DNA from: Nitriliruptoraceae bacterium
Lineage (GTDB): Bacteria; Actinomycetota; Nitriliruptoria; Nitriliruptorales; Nitriliruptoraceae
DNA length: 64,000 nt
Assembly (NCBI GenBank): GCA_041685505.1
Contig: JAWLFQ010000003.1
Coordinates: 1,346 to 65,345 of the forward strand
Direction of reading: 5' to 3'
In this document: one piece after another, positions 47,015-56,257 of the stretch
How the letters are laid out: each line of letters opens with the position of its first letter
How positions within the stretch are numbered: the stretch's first letter is position 1
Notes under the pieces: model-generated
The model's database searches: none
What the model saw: the letters and a program-made list of their open reading frames with translations, nothing else
Told to the model about the DNA's origin: nothing
Program-made: the position numbers and the translations under genes

Positions 47015-47389
47015 TCAGCGACCCGTCTCCTCGCGACGCTTGCACTCCATGCACAACGTCGCGTAGGGGATCGCCTCCAGCCGCTCCGCCTCGATCGGTT
47101 CGCCGCAACGTTCACACAGGCCGTAGGTACCGGCATCCATGCGTCGCAGGGCGTCGTCGATCTGGGTGAGCAGCCCGCGAGCGTGGTTCGACAGCGACTG
47201 GGCCGTCTCCCGCTCGAAGCTGGCCGAACCGGCGTCGGCGGGGTCGTCGTCGAAGCCACCCTCGCGCCAGTTGTTGACATCGGCTTCCGCGTCCAGATCC
47301 TCGACCTGGTCCAGGAGCTCCGCGCGCTCAGCTTCCAGCTCCTCGCGACGGGCGAGGAGCTGCTTGTCGGTGGGTCGTTTGCGTGCCAT
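47015..47389 (-). CDS. TraR/DksA-family C4 zinc-finger protein
   Basis: 124 aa from the internal ATG, with a coiled-coil N-half and C-terminal GTYGLCERCGEPIEAERLEAIPYATLCMECK. Confidence 0.8.
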   Translation of the reverse strand: MARKRPTDKQLLARREELEAERAELLDQVEDLDAEADVNNWREGGFDDDPADAGSASFERETAQSLSNHARGLLTQIDDALRRMDAGTYGLCERCGEPIEAERLEAIPYATLCMECKRREETGR

Positions 47390-47438
47390 GAGGGCGGGGA
47401 AGATAGCAGACGCAGCCGGGTCGACGACCGCACCCCAC

Positions 47439-47472
47439 CCCCGACCGGCTGCCCCGACCGGCTGCCCCGACC
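47439..47472. repeat. 13-nt tandem repeat, 2.6 copies
   Basis: CCCCGACCGGCTG CCCCGACCGGCTG CCCCGACC, read directly. Lies in the divergent dksA-like/ileS control region. Confidence 0.7.
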
Positions 47473-47528
47473 ACGCCCGCCACCCCGTAGACTGTGGCGG
47501 TCGCCGCATCGAGGTGTGGCGACGACAA

Positions 47529-47915
47529 CGCGATGACGAGGACACGGCACCAGGAGCCGCCTCACCACGAGCGAGCCGGGACGGTGGAAGCCGGCGGTGG
47601 GGCCCGGGTGTCATCACCTCCGAGCGGCCACCCCGAGACCGTGTCCGGGCCCTGAGGGGAGCGGATCCGGGCGTAGGCGTGGACGGCACCGCACGACACG
47701 CGGGCCCACGGCCGGTGACCGGCGCCGCAGCGCGACCCCCCGCGTTGCCTCCGGTGCCCACCCGACCGCGCGGCAGCGACGACGAGCGGGTCACCCCTCC
47801 CCCGGCGGGTGTGACCAACGAGGGTGGTACCGCGGTCCGGCGTCCCCCGCCCGGATCGTCCCTCGGGAGCGTGTACGCGCCGTCCCGCGCGGACGGCACC
47901 GACCCGAGGACCACG
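47529..47915 (+). ncRNA. T-box riboswitch (Ile specifier, translational type) in the ileS 5' leader
   Basis: Exact T-box core AACGAGGGUGGUACCGCG (47817-47834). Stem I base: CGC-GAUGA-C-GAGG (47529-47541) pairs with CCUC-CGA-GCG (47617-47626), which is K-turn-like GA geometry. AUC specifier at 47613-47615 is followed by A. Antisequestrator: GAGGG/CCCUC with the 7-nt bulge UGGUACC. Alternative helix: GUCC(C)UCGGG (47858-47867) pairs with CCCGAGGAC (47903-47911), covering the ileS SD. Confidence 0.8.
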
Positions 47916-47918
47916 ACG

Positions 47919-50900
47919 ATGCCCGATCCGACCGCCACCTCGATGCCCGCCAGTGGCTCCCCGTCGGCCCACCCGCAGCCGGCTGACGGCGGGGCCGACG
48001 CACCCGCGCAGCGGATGTGGCCCGAGGTCGCACCCCGCCCCGACCTGCCGAGCCTCGAGCAGGACGTGCTCACACTGTGGCGCGACCGGGACGTGTTCGC
48101 GCGCAGCCTCGCCCAGCGCGAAGGCGCACCCGACTGGTCGTTCTACGAGGGCCCGCCCACGGCCAACGGCATGCCCGGGACCCACCACGTGGAAGCGAGG
48201 GTGTTCAAGGACATCTTCCCGCGCTACCGCACCATGAAGGGCCTGTCGGTGCGTCGCAAGGGCGGCTGGGACTGCCACGGCCTGCCCGTGGAGCTCGAGG
48301 TGGAACGCGAGCTCGGGCTGGACTCCAAGGCCGACATCGAGGCCTTCGGCATCGAGGCCTTCAACGCGCGCTGCCGTGAGTCGGTGCTGCGCTACGTCGG
48401 CGCCTTCGAGGACCTCACCGAGCGCATCGGCTTCTGGATCGACACCGACGACGCCTACCGCACCATGGACGCCACCTACGTCGAGAGCCTGTGGTGGGCG
48501 CTGAAGACGCTGTGGGAGCGGGACCTGATCTTCCAGGACCACCGGGTCGCGCCCTACTGCGGTCGGTGCGGCACGGCCCTGTCCGACGCCGAGGTCGCCC
48601 AGGGCTACCAGGAGGTGGACGACCCCTCGGTCTACGTCCGCTTCCCCGTCACCGACGGGCCCCTGGCCGCGGAGGGCGCGGCACTGGTGGTGTGGACCAC
48701 GACACCCTGGACCCTGCCCTCCAACACCGCCTGCGCCGTGGGGAGCGACATCGTCTACGAGCTGGTCCGCACCTCGGCCTTCGGGGTGGAGGACGAGCTG
48801 CTGGTGCTGGCCCGTGCGCGGCGCGAGGCCGTGCTCGGTGCGGATGCCGAGGTCGTGCGCACCGTGGCGCCCGAGGAGCTGGTCGGTACCCACTACCAGC
48901 GTCCCTTCGACTTCGTGCCGCTGCCCGAGGACGCCGACACCCACCGGCTGGTCACCGCCGACTTCGTGACCACCGCCGACGGGTCGGGGATCGTCCACCT
49001 CGCCCCCGCCTTCGGCGCCGACGACATGGCCGTCGGCCGCGCACACGGCTTCCCCGTGCTCAACCCCGTGGACGCCACCGGCAGCTTCACGATCGGCCCC
49101 TGGGCCGGGGTGTTCGTCAAGGACGCCGACGAGTCGCTGGCCAGGGACCTGGCCCAGCGCGGCCTGCTGCTCGAGCAGCGGACCTACACCCACACCTACC
49201 CCTTCTGCTGGCGGTGCCGGCGGCCGCTGCTGTACTGGGCCAAGCCCTCGTGGTACATCCGCACCACCGCCAAGCGCGACCAGCTGCTGGCCAACAACGC
49301 ACAGATCGACTGGCATCCCGAGCACATCCGTGACGGCCGCTTCGGTCGCTGGTTGGAGAACAACGTCGACTGGGCGCTGTCCCGCGACCGGTACTGGGGC
49401 ACGCCGCTGCCCTTCTGGCGGTGCTCGCAGTGCGACGACGTCGAGGTGGTGGGCAGCCGCGCGGAGCTGAGCGAGAAGGCTGGCCGCGACCTCAGCGACC
49501 TCGACCCCCACCGGCCCTACGTCGACGAGATCACCCTCACCTGCGCCGCCTGCGGCGGCACGGCCCACCGGGTGCCCGAGGTCGCCGACGCCTGGTTCGA
49601 CTCGGGGGGCATGCCCTTCGCGCAGTGGGGCTACCCCCATCAGGGTCAGGAGGAGTTCGCCCGCCACTACCCCGCCGACTACATCTGCGAGGCGATCGAC
49701 CAGACCCGAGGGTGGTTCTACTCGCTGCTCGCGGAGTCCACCCTGCTGTTCGACGACAGCTCCTACCGCACCTGCGCCGTCCTCGGCCACATCGTGGATG
49801 AGGACGGTCGCAAGATGTCGAAGTCCGCGGGCAACGTGCTCGACCCCTGGGAGCTCATCGAGGCCCACGGCGCCGATGCGCTGCGCTGGCTGATGTTCGC
49901 GGAGGGCAACCCGTGGGTGAACCGACGGGTCAGCCACAACCTGCTCGAGGACGTCGTCCGCCGCTTCCTGCTGACGCTGTGGAACACCCACGTGTTCTTC
50001 ACCACCTACGCCGAGATCGACGGCTTCGAGCGCAGCGATCCCGCGCCGGAGGTGGCCGAGCGTCCCGCCATCGACCGGTGGGTCCTGGCCGAGCTCGCCG
50101 AGCTGATCGACACCGTCGACACCGCCCTGGAGCGCTACGACGTCTCCACCTCCACCCGTGCGCTGGAGCGGTTCGTCGACGATCTGTCCAACTGGTACGT
50201 GCGACGCAACCGTCGTCGGTTCTGGAAGTCGGTGCACGACGACCCGGCCGACAAGGCCGCTGCCTACCACACCCTGCACACCTGTCTCACGACGCTGTCC
50301 CAGCTGCTGGCGCCCTTCACCCCCTTCCTGGCCGAACGGCTGTGGCAGGACCTCGAGGTGGCGCCGCTGCGCGCCACGGGTGGCGGGGGCACGCACGACT
50401 CCGTCCACCTGAGCGACTTCCCCGTGGCCGACCCCGCCTGGCGTGACCCCGAGCTGCGCCGAGCGATGGCCACCACCCGCCGGGTGGTCGAGCTCGGACG
50501 TCAGGCCCGCAACGACAGCAACGTCCGCATCCGTCAGCCCCTGGCGCGGGCGTTGGTCAGCGTCCCCGAGGGGGAACGGGAGGGGCTGGCAGGTCTGGCC
50601 CACGAGATCGCCGAGGAGCTCAACGTCCACGACGTCGAACTCGCCGACGGCACCGGCGACCTCGTGGAGCGCAGCTGCAAGCCCAACTTCCGTGCCCTGG
50701 GACCGGTCTTCCAGCAGCGCGCGCCCGAGGTCGCCGGCGTGATCTCCGGGCTGGATGCCGAGCAGGCAGCGGCGCTGGCGGAGCGACTGCGCGTCGGCGA
50801 CGCCCAGCTGACGGTGGGCGACGACGAGGTGACCATCACCCCGGAGATGGTCGAGGTGATCGAGCGCCCGCGGACCGGCTGGGCCGTGGCACGCGACGCC

Positions 50901-51203
50901 ACCAGCTCCTTCGCCCTGGACACCGCCCTGACCCGCGAGCTGGAGGTGGAGGGCGCGGCACGCGAGCTGGTACGCGCCATCAACGACCAGCGCAAGGCCG
51001 CCGGGCTCGACCTCGACGACCGCATCGAGCTGGTGCTCGCCGTCACGCCCCCCGAACTCGACGAGGAGCTCGCTGCCGCCGGCCACTACGACGCCGTTGC
51101 CCGCGACGTGCTGGCGACCGCGGTGCACCGCGAGCCCGTCGCCGACGGCACACCGGTCGACCTCGGCGAACTGGGCAACGCGTTGGTGGCGATGCGCACA
51201 TGA
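47919..51203 (+). CDS. ileS: isoleucine--tRNA ligase (type 2, actinobacterial)
   Basis: 3' 1094 codons of the 1354-aa track ORF with PPTANGMPGTHH (HIGH) and KMSKS. The ATG at 47919 has GAGGA 8 nt upstream. Later in-frame ATGs are possible. Confidence 0.93.
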   Translation: MPDPTATSMPASGSPSAHPQPADGGADAPAQRMWPEVAPRPDLPSLEQDVLTLWRDRDVFARSLAQREGAPDWSFYEGPPTANGMPGTHHVEARVFKDIFPRYRTMKGLSVRRKGGWDCHGLPVELEVERELGLDSKADIEAFGIEAFNARCRESVLRYVGAFEDLTERIGFWIDTDDAYRTMDATYVESLWWALKTLWERDLIFQDHRVAPYCGRCGTALSDAEVAQGYQEVDDPSVYVRFPVTDGPLAAEGAALVVWTTTPWTLPSNTACAVGSDIVYELVRTSAFGVEDELLVLARARREAVLGADAEVVRTVAPEELVGTHYQRPFDFVPLPEDADTHRLVTADFVTTADGSGIVHLAPAFGADDMAVGRAHGFPVLNPVDATGSFTIGPWAGVFVKDADESLARDLAQRGLLLEQRTYTHTYPFCWRCRRPLLYWAKPSWYIRTTAKRDQLLANNAQIDWHPEHIRDGRFGRWLENNVDWALSRDRYWGTPLPFWRCSQCDDVEVVGSRAELSEKAGRDLSDLDPHRPYVDEITLTCAACGGTAHRVPEVADAWFDSGGMPFAQWGYPHQGQEEFARHYPADYICEAIDQTRGWFYSLLAESTLLFDDSSYRTCAVLGHIVDEDGRKMSKSAGNVLDPWELIEAHGADALRWLMFAEGNPWVNRRVSHNLLEDVVRRFLLTLWNTHVFFTTYAEIDGFERSDPAPEVAERPAIDRWVLAELAELIDTVDTALERYDVSTSTRALERFVDDLSNWYVRRNRRRFWKSVHDDPADKAAAYHTLHTCLTTLSQLLAPFTPFLAERLWQDLEVAPLRATGGGGTHDSVHLSDFPVADPAWRDPELRRAMATTRRVVELGRQARNDSNVRIRQPLARALVSVPEGEREGLAGLAHEIAEELNVHDVELADGTGDLVERSCKPNFRALGPVFQQRAPEVAGVISGLDAEQAAALAERLRVGDAQLTVGDDEVTITPEMVEVIERPRTGWAVARDATSSFALDTALTRELEVEGAARELVRAINDQRKAAGLDLDDRIELVLAVTPPELDEELAAAGHYDAVARDVLATAVHREPVADGTPVDLGELGNALVAMRT

Positions 51204-51781
51204 TGCGGCGCCTGGGAGCGGCGCTGTTCTGGTCGAGCCTGGCAGCCGGGATCGTCGGCGTGGTGCGGCAGCGACGGGAGGCGGTGGCCGTCGGCCGGGG
51301 CGAGCTGACGCGACCGTCGGCCTCGGCGGACATCGCGCTCGCTCGTCCGCAGCCGGCATGGGCACAGCAGCTCGGTGACTGGGTACCGCAGCGACCACGC
51401 ACGCGGCTCGGCCGTGCCGCCGCAGCGTTCTGGGCGGCGCCGCTGACCGCCGTGGGGCTGCTGCTGGCGGCACTGTCCGGTGCGCGGCCGCGTTGGGAGC
51501 CCGACCTCGGCTGTTTCGTGGTGCGCGGGGCCGGCGGTCCCTCACGGCTGGCCCTACAGGCCGTCGGCGCCCACGCCAACACCGTCGGTCTGGTGGTGAT
51601 CAGCCGCCGCGTGGACCCCGACCCGGTCCTGCTGGCGCACGAAGCGGTCCACGTCCGCCAGTCCGAGCGGCTCGGACCGCTGATCATGCCGGCCTACGTG
51701 TGGCTGGCGGCACGGTTCGGCTACCGCGACCATCCCCTGGAGCGCGCCGCGCGGCGCGGTGCGGCGGCACCTCCCGGCTGA
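51200..51781 (+). CDS. hypothetical membrane protein with an HExxH motif (LLAHEAVHVRQ)
   Basis: 193 aa. Its ATG overlaps the ileS TGA (ATGA). Third-position GC is very high in this frame. Two hydrophobic segments (ALFWSSLAAGIVGVV, AAFWAAPLTAVGLLLAAL). HEAVH is followed by VRQ, reminiscent of DUF4157-type HExxHVxQ. Confidence 0.55.
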   Translation: MMRRLGAALFWSSLAAGIVGVVRQRREAVAVGRGELTRPSASADIALARPQPAWAQQLGDWVPQRPRTRLGRAAAAFWAAPLTAVGLLLAALSGARPRWEPDLGCFVVRGAGGPSRLALQAVGAHANTVGLVVISRRVDPDPVLLAHEAVHVRQSERLGPLIMPAYVWLAARFGYRDHPLERAARRGAAAPPG

Positions 51782-51810
51782 CATCGCGCCGGCGCGGGCC
51801 CGCGGGATCG

Positions 51811-52635
51811 TCAGCCCCACATGGGCGCGTCGGGACGGTCCCGGGTGTCGGGGTCCTCAGGGGCCGCAGCCCCGGCGTCCTCGGGATGGTCGGCACCGTC
51901 GGCGTCCCCGTCACGATCGCCGTCACCCACGCCAGGCTCGTCGTCCGTCCCACCTGCAGCCTGCGTCGCCGTCGCGCTGGGTGACAACCGCCAGGGGTCA
52001 TGCTCCGCGGCGTCGGGCTGTCCGCCGGTGTCGTGAGGGTCGCCGTCCTGCCCCGCAGGATCCTGCCCGCCCGGATCGCCATCCCCGGCAACGCCGGGGT
52101 CCTCGACCTCCAGCTCGGCGAAGGGGTCGGGGAGCTCACGCAGGGCGGCGAGCTGTTCCTCGAGGTGGTCGCGCAGACGAGCCCGATGTCCGGCGTCGAG
52201 TTCCTGCAGCTCGCGCACCCTCTCGCGCTGCGCGAGCGCCTCGGCCTGCGCGGCGGCGACCACCTCGGCAGCTTCCGCCTCGGCACGGGCACGGTGCTCC
52301 GTGAGCTCCCGCTCGGTGCGCTCCTGCAGCTCGGCGACCTCACGATCGGCCTCGGCACGCAGCTCTGCGACCTCCTGCTGTGCCTCGGTCAGGGCGCGGT
52401 CCGCAGCGTCCTGGACCGTGACCAACGTGCGCTTCAGCGCGCGCTCGCTCTCATCGGCCTCAGCGAGGCGGGCTTCCAGTGCCCCGATCCTCTCCTCGAG
52501 CGCAGCCGCCTGCGTGCGCTCCTGCTCGATCTGGTCGGCGAGGGCGTCGAGGAAGCCGTCCACCTCGTCGCGGTCGTAACCGCGAGCGCGGGTGCGGAAG
52601 GCGTAGGCGACGATGTCCTCGGGGCTGTAGGGCAT
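51811..52635 (-). CDS. divIVA: DivIVA-domain cell-pole/septum protein (Wag31-like)
   Basis: 274 aa with the N-terminal FRTRARGYDRDEVDGFLD motif, a coiled coil, and then an Asp/Gly/Pro-rich tail of about 110 aa. Confidence 0.88.
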   Translation of the reverse strand: MPYSPEDIVAYAFRTRARGYDRDEVDGFLDALADQIEQERTQAAALEERIGALEARLAEADESERALKRTLVTVQDAADRALTEAQQEVAELRAEADREVAELQERTERELTEHRARAEAEAAEVVAAAQAEALAQRERVRELQELDAGHRARLRDHLEEQLAALRELPDPFAELEVEDPGVAGDGDPGGQDPAGQDGDPHDTGGQPDAAEHDPWRLSPSATATQAAGGTDDEPGVGDGDRDGDADGADHPEDAGAAAPEDPDTRDRPDAPMWG

Positions 52636-52669
52636 CGTGGTGCTCCGGTTCGGCCGGTCGGTGGGAGGG

Positions 52670-52969
52670 TCAGAAGGGCAGCGAGGCGGCCAACGGCAGG
52701 AGCAGCAGGGAGATGCCGAAGAACACCACCAGGATGGACAGGTCCAGGGCGATCCCGCCCAACCGCAGGGGTGGGATGACCCTGCGAAGCGGGGTCAGCA
52801 CGGGCTCCACGAGCCTGCGCACACCCAGCTGGAAGGGCACCAGCGGTTCGGGGGTGCGGGGGATCCACGAGAAGATCACGTACGCGAAGAGCACGAAGGT
52901 GTACAGCTGGAGCAGCAGCACCAGCACCGAGGAGACGGGTCGGCCCGTCGCGGCTTGCGCCAGGATCAC
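52670..52969 (-). CDS. YggT-family membrane protein
   Basis: 99 aa with two TM segments and the motif YVIFSWIP...P...L..L.EPVL.P.RR.IP. GTG overlaps the sepF stop. Confidence 0.85.
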   Translation of the reverse strand: MILAQAATGRPVSSVLVLLLQLYTFVLFAYVIFSWIPRTPEPLVPFQLGVRRLVEPVLTPLRRVIPPLRLGGIALDLSILVVFFGISLLLLPLAASLPF

Positions 52970-53598
52970 GTGTCGCTCCCGGCCGCGGGTACGCGGTAAC
53001 CGAGCTCGGTCAGACGCCGGCGCTCCTCGGATGAGATCCGCACCCCCTCGGGCACCAGCAGGAAGGCGCGCGAACCGACCTTGGTCAGCTGGCCACGCAG
53101 CGCGTAGGTCAGACCGGCGACGAAGTCGACCACCCGGCGTGCCGTCGCGGCGGAGGTGCCGGACAGGTCGAACAGCACCGCCTGGCCGGTCCGGTAGCGG
53201 GCACCGACCGCCTCGACGTCATCGAAATCCGAGACCTCCACCTGGGCGACGCGGGCGACCGCCCGGGAGGAGGAGCTGTCCGCACGCGGCGCCGCCACAC
53301 GCAGCGGCCGCACGTTGTCGTCCACCGCCGACAGCGGGGCGGAGCGGGCGGGTGCCGGTGTGGAGGCTGCGGCCGGGCTGTCCTCCCGGGACTCCCTGGC
53401 GCCGCTGACGGCCATGGCGGGTTCGCCTGCCGGACGGTCGACCACGACCTCCCGCCGCGCGGCGCCGCCGCGCGGTGGCGCGTGCTCGGCGTAGGGATCG
53501 TCCTCCGGGACGAAACGCGCCGGCAACTCGTCGTAGACCTCGTCGGGCTCCTCACGCAGCCCGAGGTACACCAGGGTGCGGTTCCACATCGCGCTCAC
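52966..53598 (-). CDS. sepF: cell division protein SepF
   Basis: GTG at 53598 (AAGGA 6 nt upstream; alternative ATG at 53589). N-terminal MWNRTLVYLGL FtsZ-ring/membrane motif. C-terminal core FDDVEAVGARYRTGQAVLFDL..........VVDFVAGLTYALRGQLTKV. Confidence 0.88.
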   Translation of the reverse strand: MSAMWNRTLVYLGLREEPDEVYDELPARFVPEDDPYAEHAPPRGGAARREVVVDRPAGEPAMAVSGARESREDSPAAASTPAPARSAPLSAVDDNVRPLRVAAPRADSSSSRAVARVAQVEVSDFDDVEAVGARYRTGQAVLFDLSGTSAATARRVVDFVAGLTYALRGQLTKVGSRAFLLVPEGVRISSEERRRLTELGYRVPAAGSDT

Positions 53599-54320
53599 GC
53601 TGCGTCCTTTCGCCACGGCCCATCGCCACGGGGGCCGAACAGGGCGGTCCCGACCCGCACCATCGTCGCTCCCTCCGCCACGGCGGCTTCGAGATCCATG
53701 GACATCCCCATGGAGAGGTGGACGACCTCCGGGAACCGGTCGCGGATCGTGTCGCGCTGCTGTCGCAACGCGGCGAACAACGGCCGGGCCTCCGCACGGG
53801 GGTCGGCATCCTCTGGAGGCAGGGGCAGGATCGTCATCAGTCCCTCGACGGCGAGGTTGGGTCGGCCGCGAGCGTAGGCGACGAGCTCCTCGGTCTCGGT
53901 GAAGCTGCACCCCCCCTTGGCCGGATCGTCACCGACGTTGACCTGGATCAGGATCCGCTGGACCACCCGCTCGCGCTCCGCGCGCCCGGAGAGGGCGTCG
54001 ATGAGCGAGCGGCGGTCGACGCTGTGCACCAGGGTGTGGGTCCCGACGATGTCCTTGACCTTGTTGCGCTGCAGGCGGCCGACGAGGTGCCAACGGGCGC
54101 CGGGGACCTGGTCCCGCTTGGCCACCAGCTCCTGGACACGGTTCTCGGCGAGGTCGGCCAGGCCCAGCTCCACCGCAGCACGGGCCAGACGCGGCGGATG
54201 GGTCTTGGTCACGCCCAGCAGCACCACGTCGCCCGGTTGTCGCCCGGCGGCCGTGGCCGCGTCGGCGATGCGCTGACGGGTCGTCGCCAGACGCTCGGCC
54301 AGCTCGCGATCATCGATCAC
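53595..54320 (-). CDS. yggS: YggS-family pyridoxal-phosphate homeostasis protein
   Basis: 241 aa from the GTG at 54320, with LLGVTKTH (PLP lysine), WHLVGRLQRNKVK and LSMGMS.D...A...G.T.VRVG.A.FG. Confidence 0.88.
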   Translation of the reverse strand: MIDDRELAERLATTRQRIADAATAAGRQPGDVVLLGVTKTHPPRLARAAVELGLADLAENRVQELVAKRDQVPGARWHLVGRLQRNKVKDIVGTHTLVHSVDRRSLIDALSGRAERERVVQRILIQVNVGDDPAKGGCSFTETEELVAYARGRPNLAVEGLMTILPLPPEDADPRAEARPLFAALRQQRDTIRDRFPEVVHLSMGMSMDLEAAVAEGATMVRVGTALFGPRGDGPWRKDAA

Positions 54321-55078
54321 GTCGCCACTCCCCCGCCCACGCCGTCCTGGGCGGTCCGCACGACCATGCCGATCTGGCGGCCGCTGGCCGGATCGCGCCG
54401 GTGGCTGAACAGCGTCGGGGTGCAGCGCGTGCACCGGTCATCGGTCCACACCAGCTCCACCCCGTCGGCGTCCAGCTGCGCGCGTGCTCCCGCCGGGAGA
54501 TCCAGGGCGGGGGTCCCCCACGAGGTCGTGGCGGCCAGCACGGGGAGGCGCTCGGCGGCCGCGTCGCGCATCGCCGCGGGGACCTCGTAGCAACAGGCAC
54601 CGATGGCCGGCCCCACGGCGGCCCGCACGGGTCCGTCCCCCACCAGCGCACGCAGGCTGGCGACCGCGGCCGGCAGGACACCGGCCAGGAGCCCGGCCCG
54701 CCCCGCGTGGGCCACGCCGACGCCCCCCGGCGCAGCCAGCAGTACGGGCACGCAGTCCGCCGCCTGAACCACCAGCGGGCGGTCGCGCAGCGCCGTGACG
54801 GCGGCGTCCACTCCCCGCAGCTCCGTCCCCGGCGCCACACGGTCGTCGACCACGCCGACCTCGGCACCGTGCACCTGGTGCAGCAGGTGCCACACGGCGG
54901 CATCGGTGCCCGTGGCCCTGGCGACGGCGCGTCGCGCCCGCGCCAGATCCACCGGCCGGTGGGGCCGCCGGTGGGCGAGGTTGCCCTCACCGCCCACCGG
55001 CGCGGTGTCGCCGGGGTCACGGCCGGTGAACCAGCCACGGGTGTCAGCGTCGAGCTCGACCGCGACCGCCGTGTCCAA
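54317..55078 (-). CDS. pgeF: peptidoglycan editing factor PgeF (YfiH / laccase-domain protein)
   Basis: 253 aa with HQVHG, ADCVPVLL, AHAGRAG, CCYEV and TRCT..LFSHRRD motifs. TTG start with GAGG 6 nt upstream. Confidence 0.85.
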   Translation of the reverse strand: MDTAVAVELDADTRGWFTGRDPGDTAPVGGEGNLAHRRPHRPVDLARARRAVARATGTDAAVWHLLHQVHGAEVGVVDDRVAPGTELRGVDAAVTALRDRPLVVQAADCVPVLLAAPGGVGVAHAGRAGLLAGVLPAAVASLRALVGDGPVRAAVGPAIGACCYEVPAAMRDAAAERLPVLAATTSWGTPALDLPAGARAQLDADGVELVWTDDRCTRCTPTLFSHRRDPASGRQIGMVVRTAQDGVGGGVAT

Positions 55079-55086
55079 CCTGGGCC

Positions 55087-56235
55087 TCAGCGCAGGAAGG
55101 AGGGGACGTCGAGGTCGTCCTCCTCCTCTTCGGCCGGCTGGTGGGCGCCGTTGTGCGGCCGGGCGGCGTCCGGCTCCGGCGTGAAGACCTCGTCGGGCTC
55201 GTCCTCCGGCTCGACCACCGACGCGGGTGCCGCGGGCGTGGGCTCCGAGGTGGCGACGAAGGCGCCGTGCTGCTCGACCTCACCGGTGTACTTGTCGAAA
55301 CCTGCCGCGATCACGGTGACCTTGACCTCGTCACCCAGCGCGTCGTCGATCACGGCACCGAAGATGATGTTGGCCTCGGGGTGGGCCGCCTGCGTGACCA
55401 CGTCAGCGGCCTCGTTGACCTCGAACAACCCGAGGTCGCTCCCGCCGGCCAGCATCAGCAACACGCCCTGGGCACCGTCGATGGACGCCTCGAGCAGGGG
55501 CGAGGAGATGGCCAGCTTGGCAGCTTCCAGGGCCCGCGCCTCACCGCGCGCCTTGCCGATCCCCATCAGTGCGCTGCCGGCGTCGTTCATGACCGTGCGC
55601 ACATCGGCGAAGTCGAGGTTGATCAGGCCCGGGGTGGTGATCAGATCGGTGATGCCCTGCACCCCCTGCAGCAGCACGTCATCGGCGAGCTTGAACGCCT
55701 GCATCACCGAGGTGTCACCATCGGCGATCTGCAGCAGACGATCGTTGGGGATGACGATCAGGGTGTCGACCTCGTCCTTGAGCTCGGTGATGCCGTCCTC
55801 GGCCTGGGTGGACCGACGGCGCCCCTCGAAGGCGAAGGGACGGGTCACCACCCCGATGGTCAGGGCGCCGATCTCCTTGGCCACCTGGGCCACCACGGGT
55901 GCCGCCCCCGTACCGGTACCCCCGCCCTCGCCCGCGGTGACGAAGACCATGTCCGCACCCTTGAGCACCTCCAGCAACTCGTCGCGGTGGTCCTCGGCTG
56001 CGGACCGTCCGACCACCGGATCGGCACCGGCGCCCAGCCCCCTGGTCAGGTCACGGCCGATGTCGAGCTTGACGTCGGCATCCGACATCAGCAGCGCTTG
56101 GGCATCGGTGTTGATGGCGACGAACTCCACACCGTGCAGCCCCGCATCGATCATGCGGTTGACGGCGTTGACGCCGCCTCCGCCGATGCCGACGACCTTG
56201 ATGACGGCCAGATAGTTGGTCGGTGCAGCCGCCAC
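55087..56235 (-). CDS. ftsZ: cell division GTPase FtsZ
   Basis: 382 aa with [23 protein letters not shown], the [13 protein letters not shown] tubulin signature and the C-terminal [10 protein letters not shown] peptide. GTG with GAGGAG SD. Confidence 0.97.
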   Translation of the reverse strand: MAAAPTNYLAVIKVVGIGGGGVNAVNRMIDAGLHGVEFVAINTDAQALLMSDADVKLDIGRDLTRGLGAGADPVVGRSAAEDHRDELLEVLKGADMVFVTAGEGGGTGTGAAPVVAQVAKEIGALTIGVVTRPFAFEGRRRSTQAEDGITELKDEVDTLIVIPNDRLLQIADGDTSVMQAFKLADDVLLQGVQGITDLITTPGLINLDFADVRTVMNDAGSALMGIGKARGEARALEAAKLAISSPLLEASIDGAQGVLLMLAGGSDLGLFEVNEAADVVTQAAHPEANIIFGAVIDDALGDEVKVTVIAAGFDKYTGEVEQHGAFVATSEPTPAAPASVVEPEDEPDEVFTPEPDAARPHNGAHQPAEEEEDDLDVPSFLR

Positions 56236-56257
56236 GGCAGGCTCCTCGCTGGTTCGG

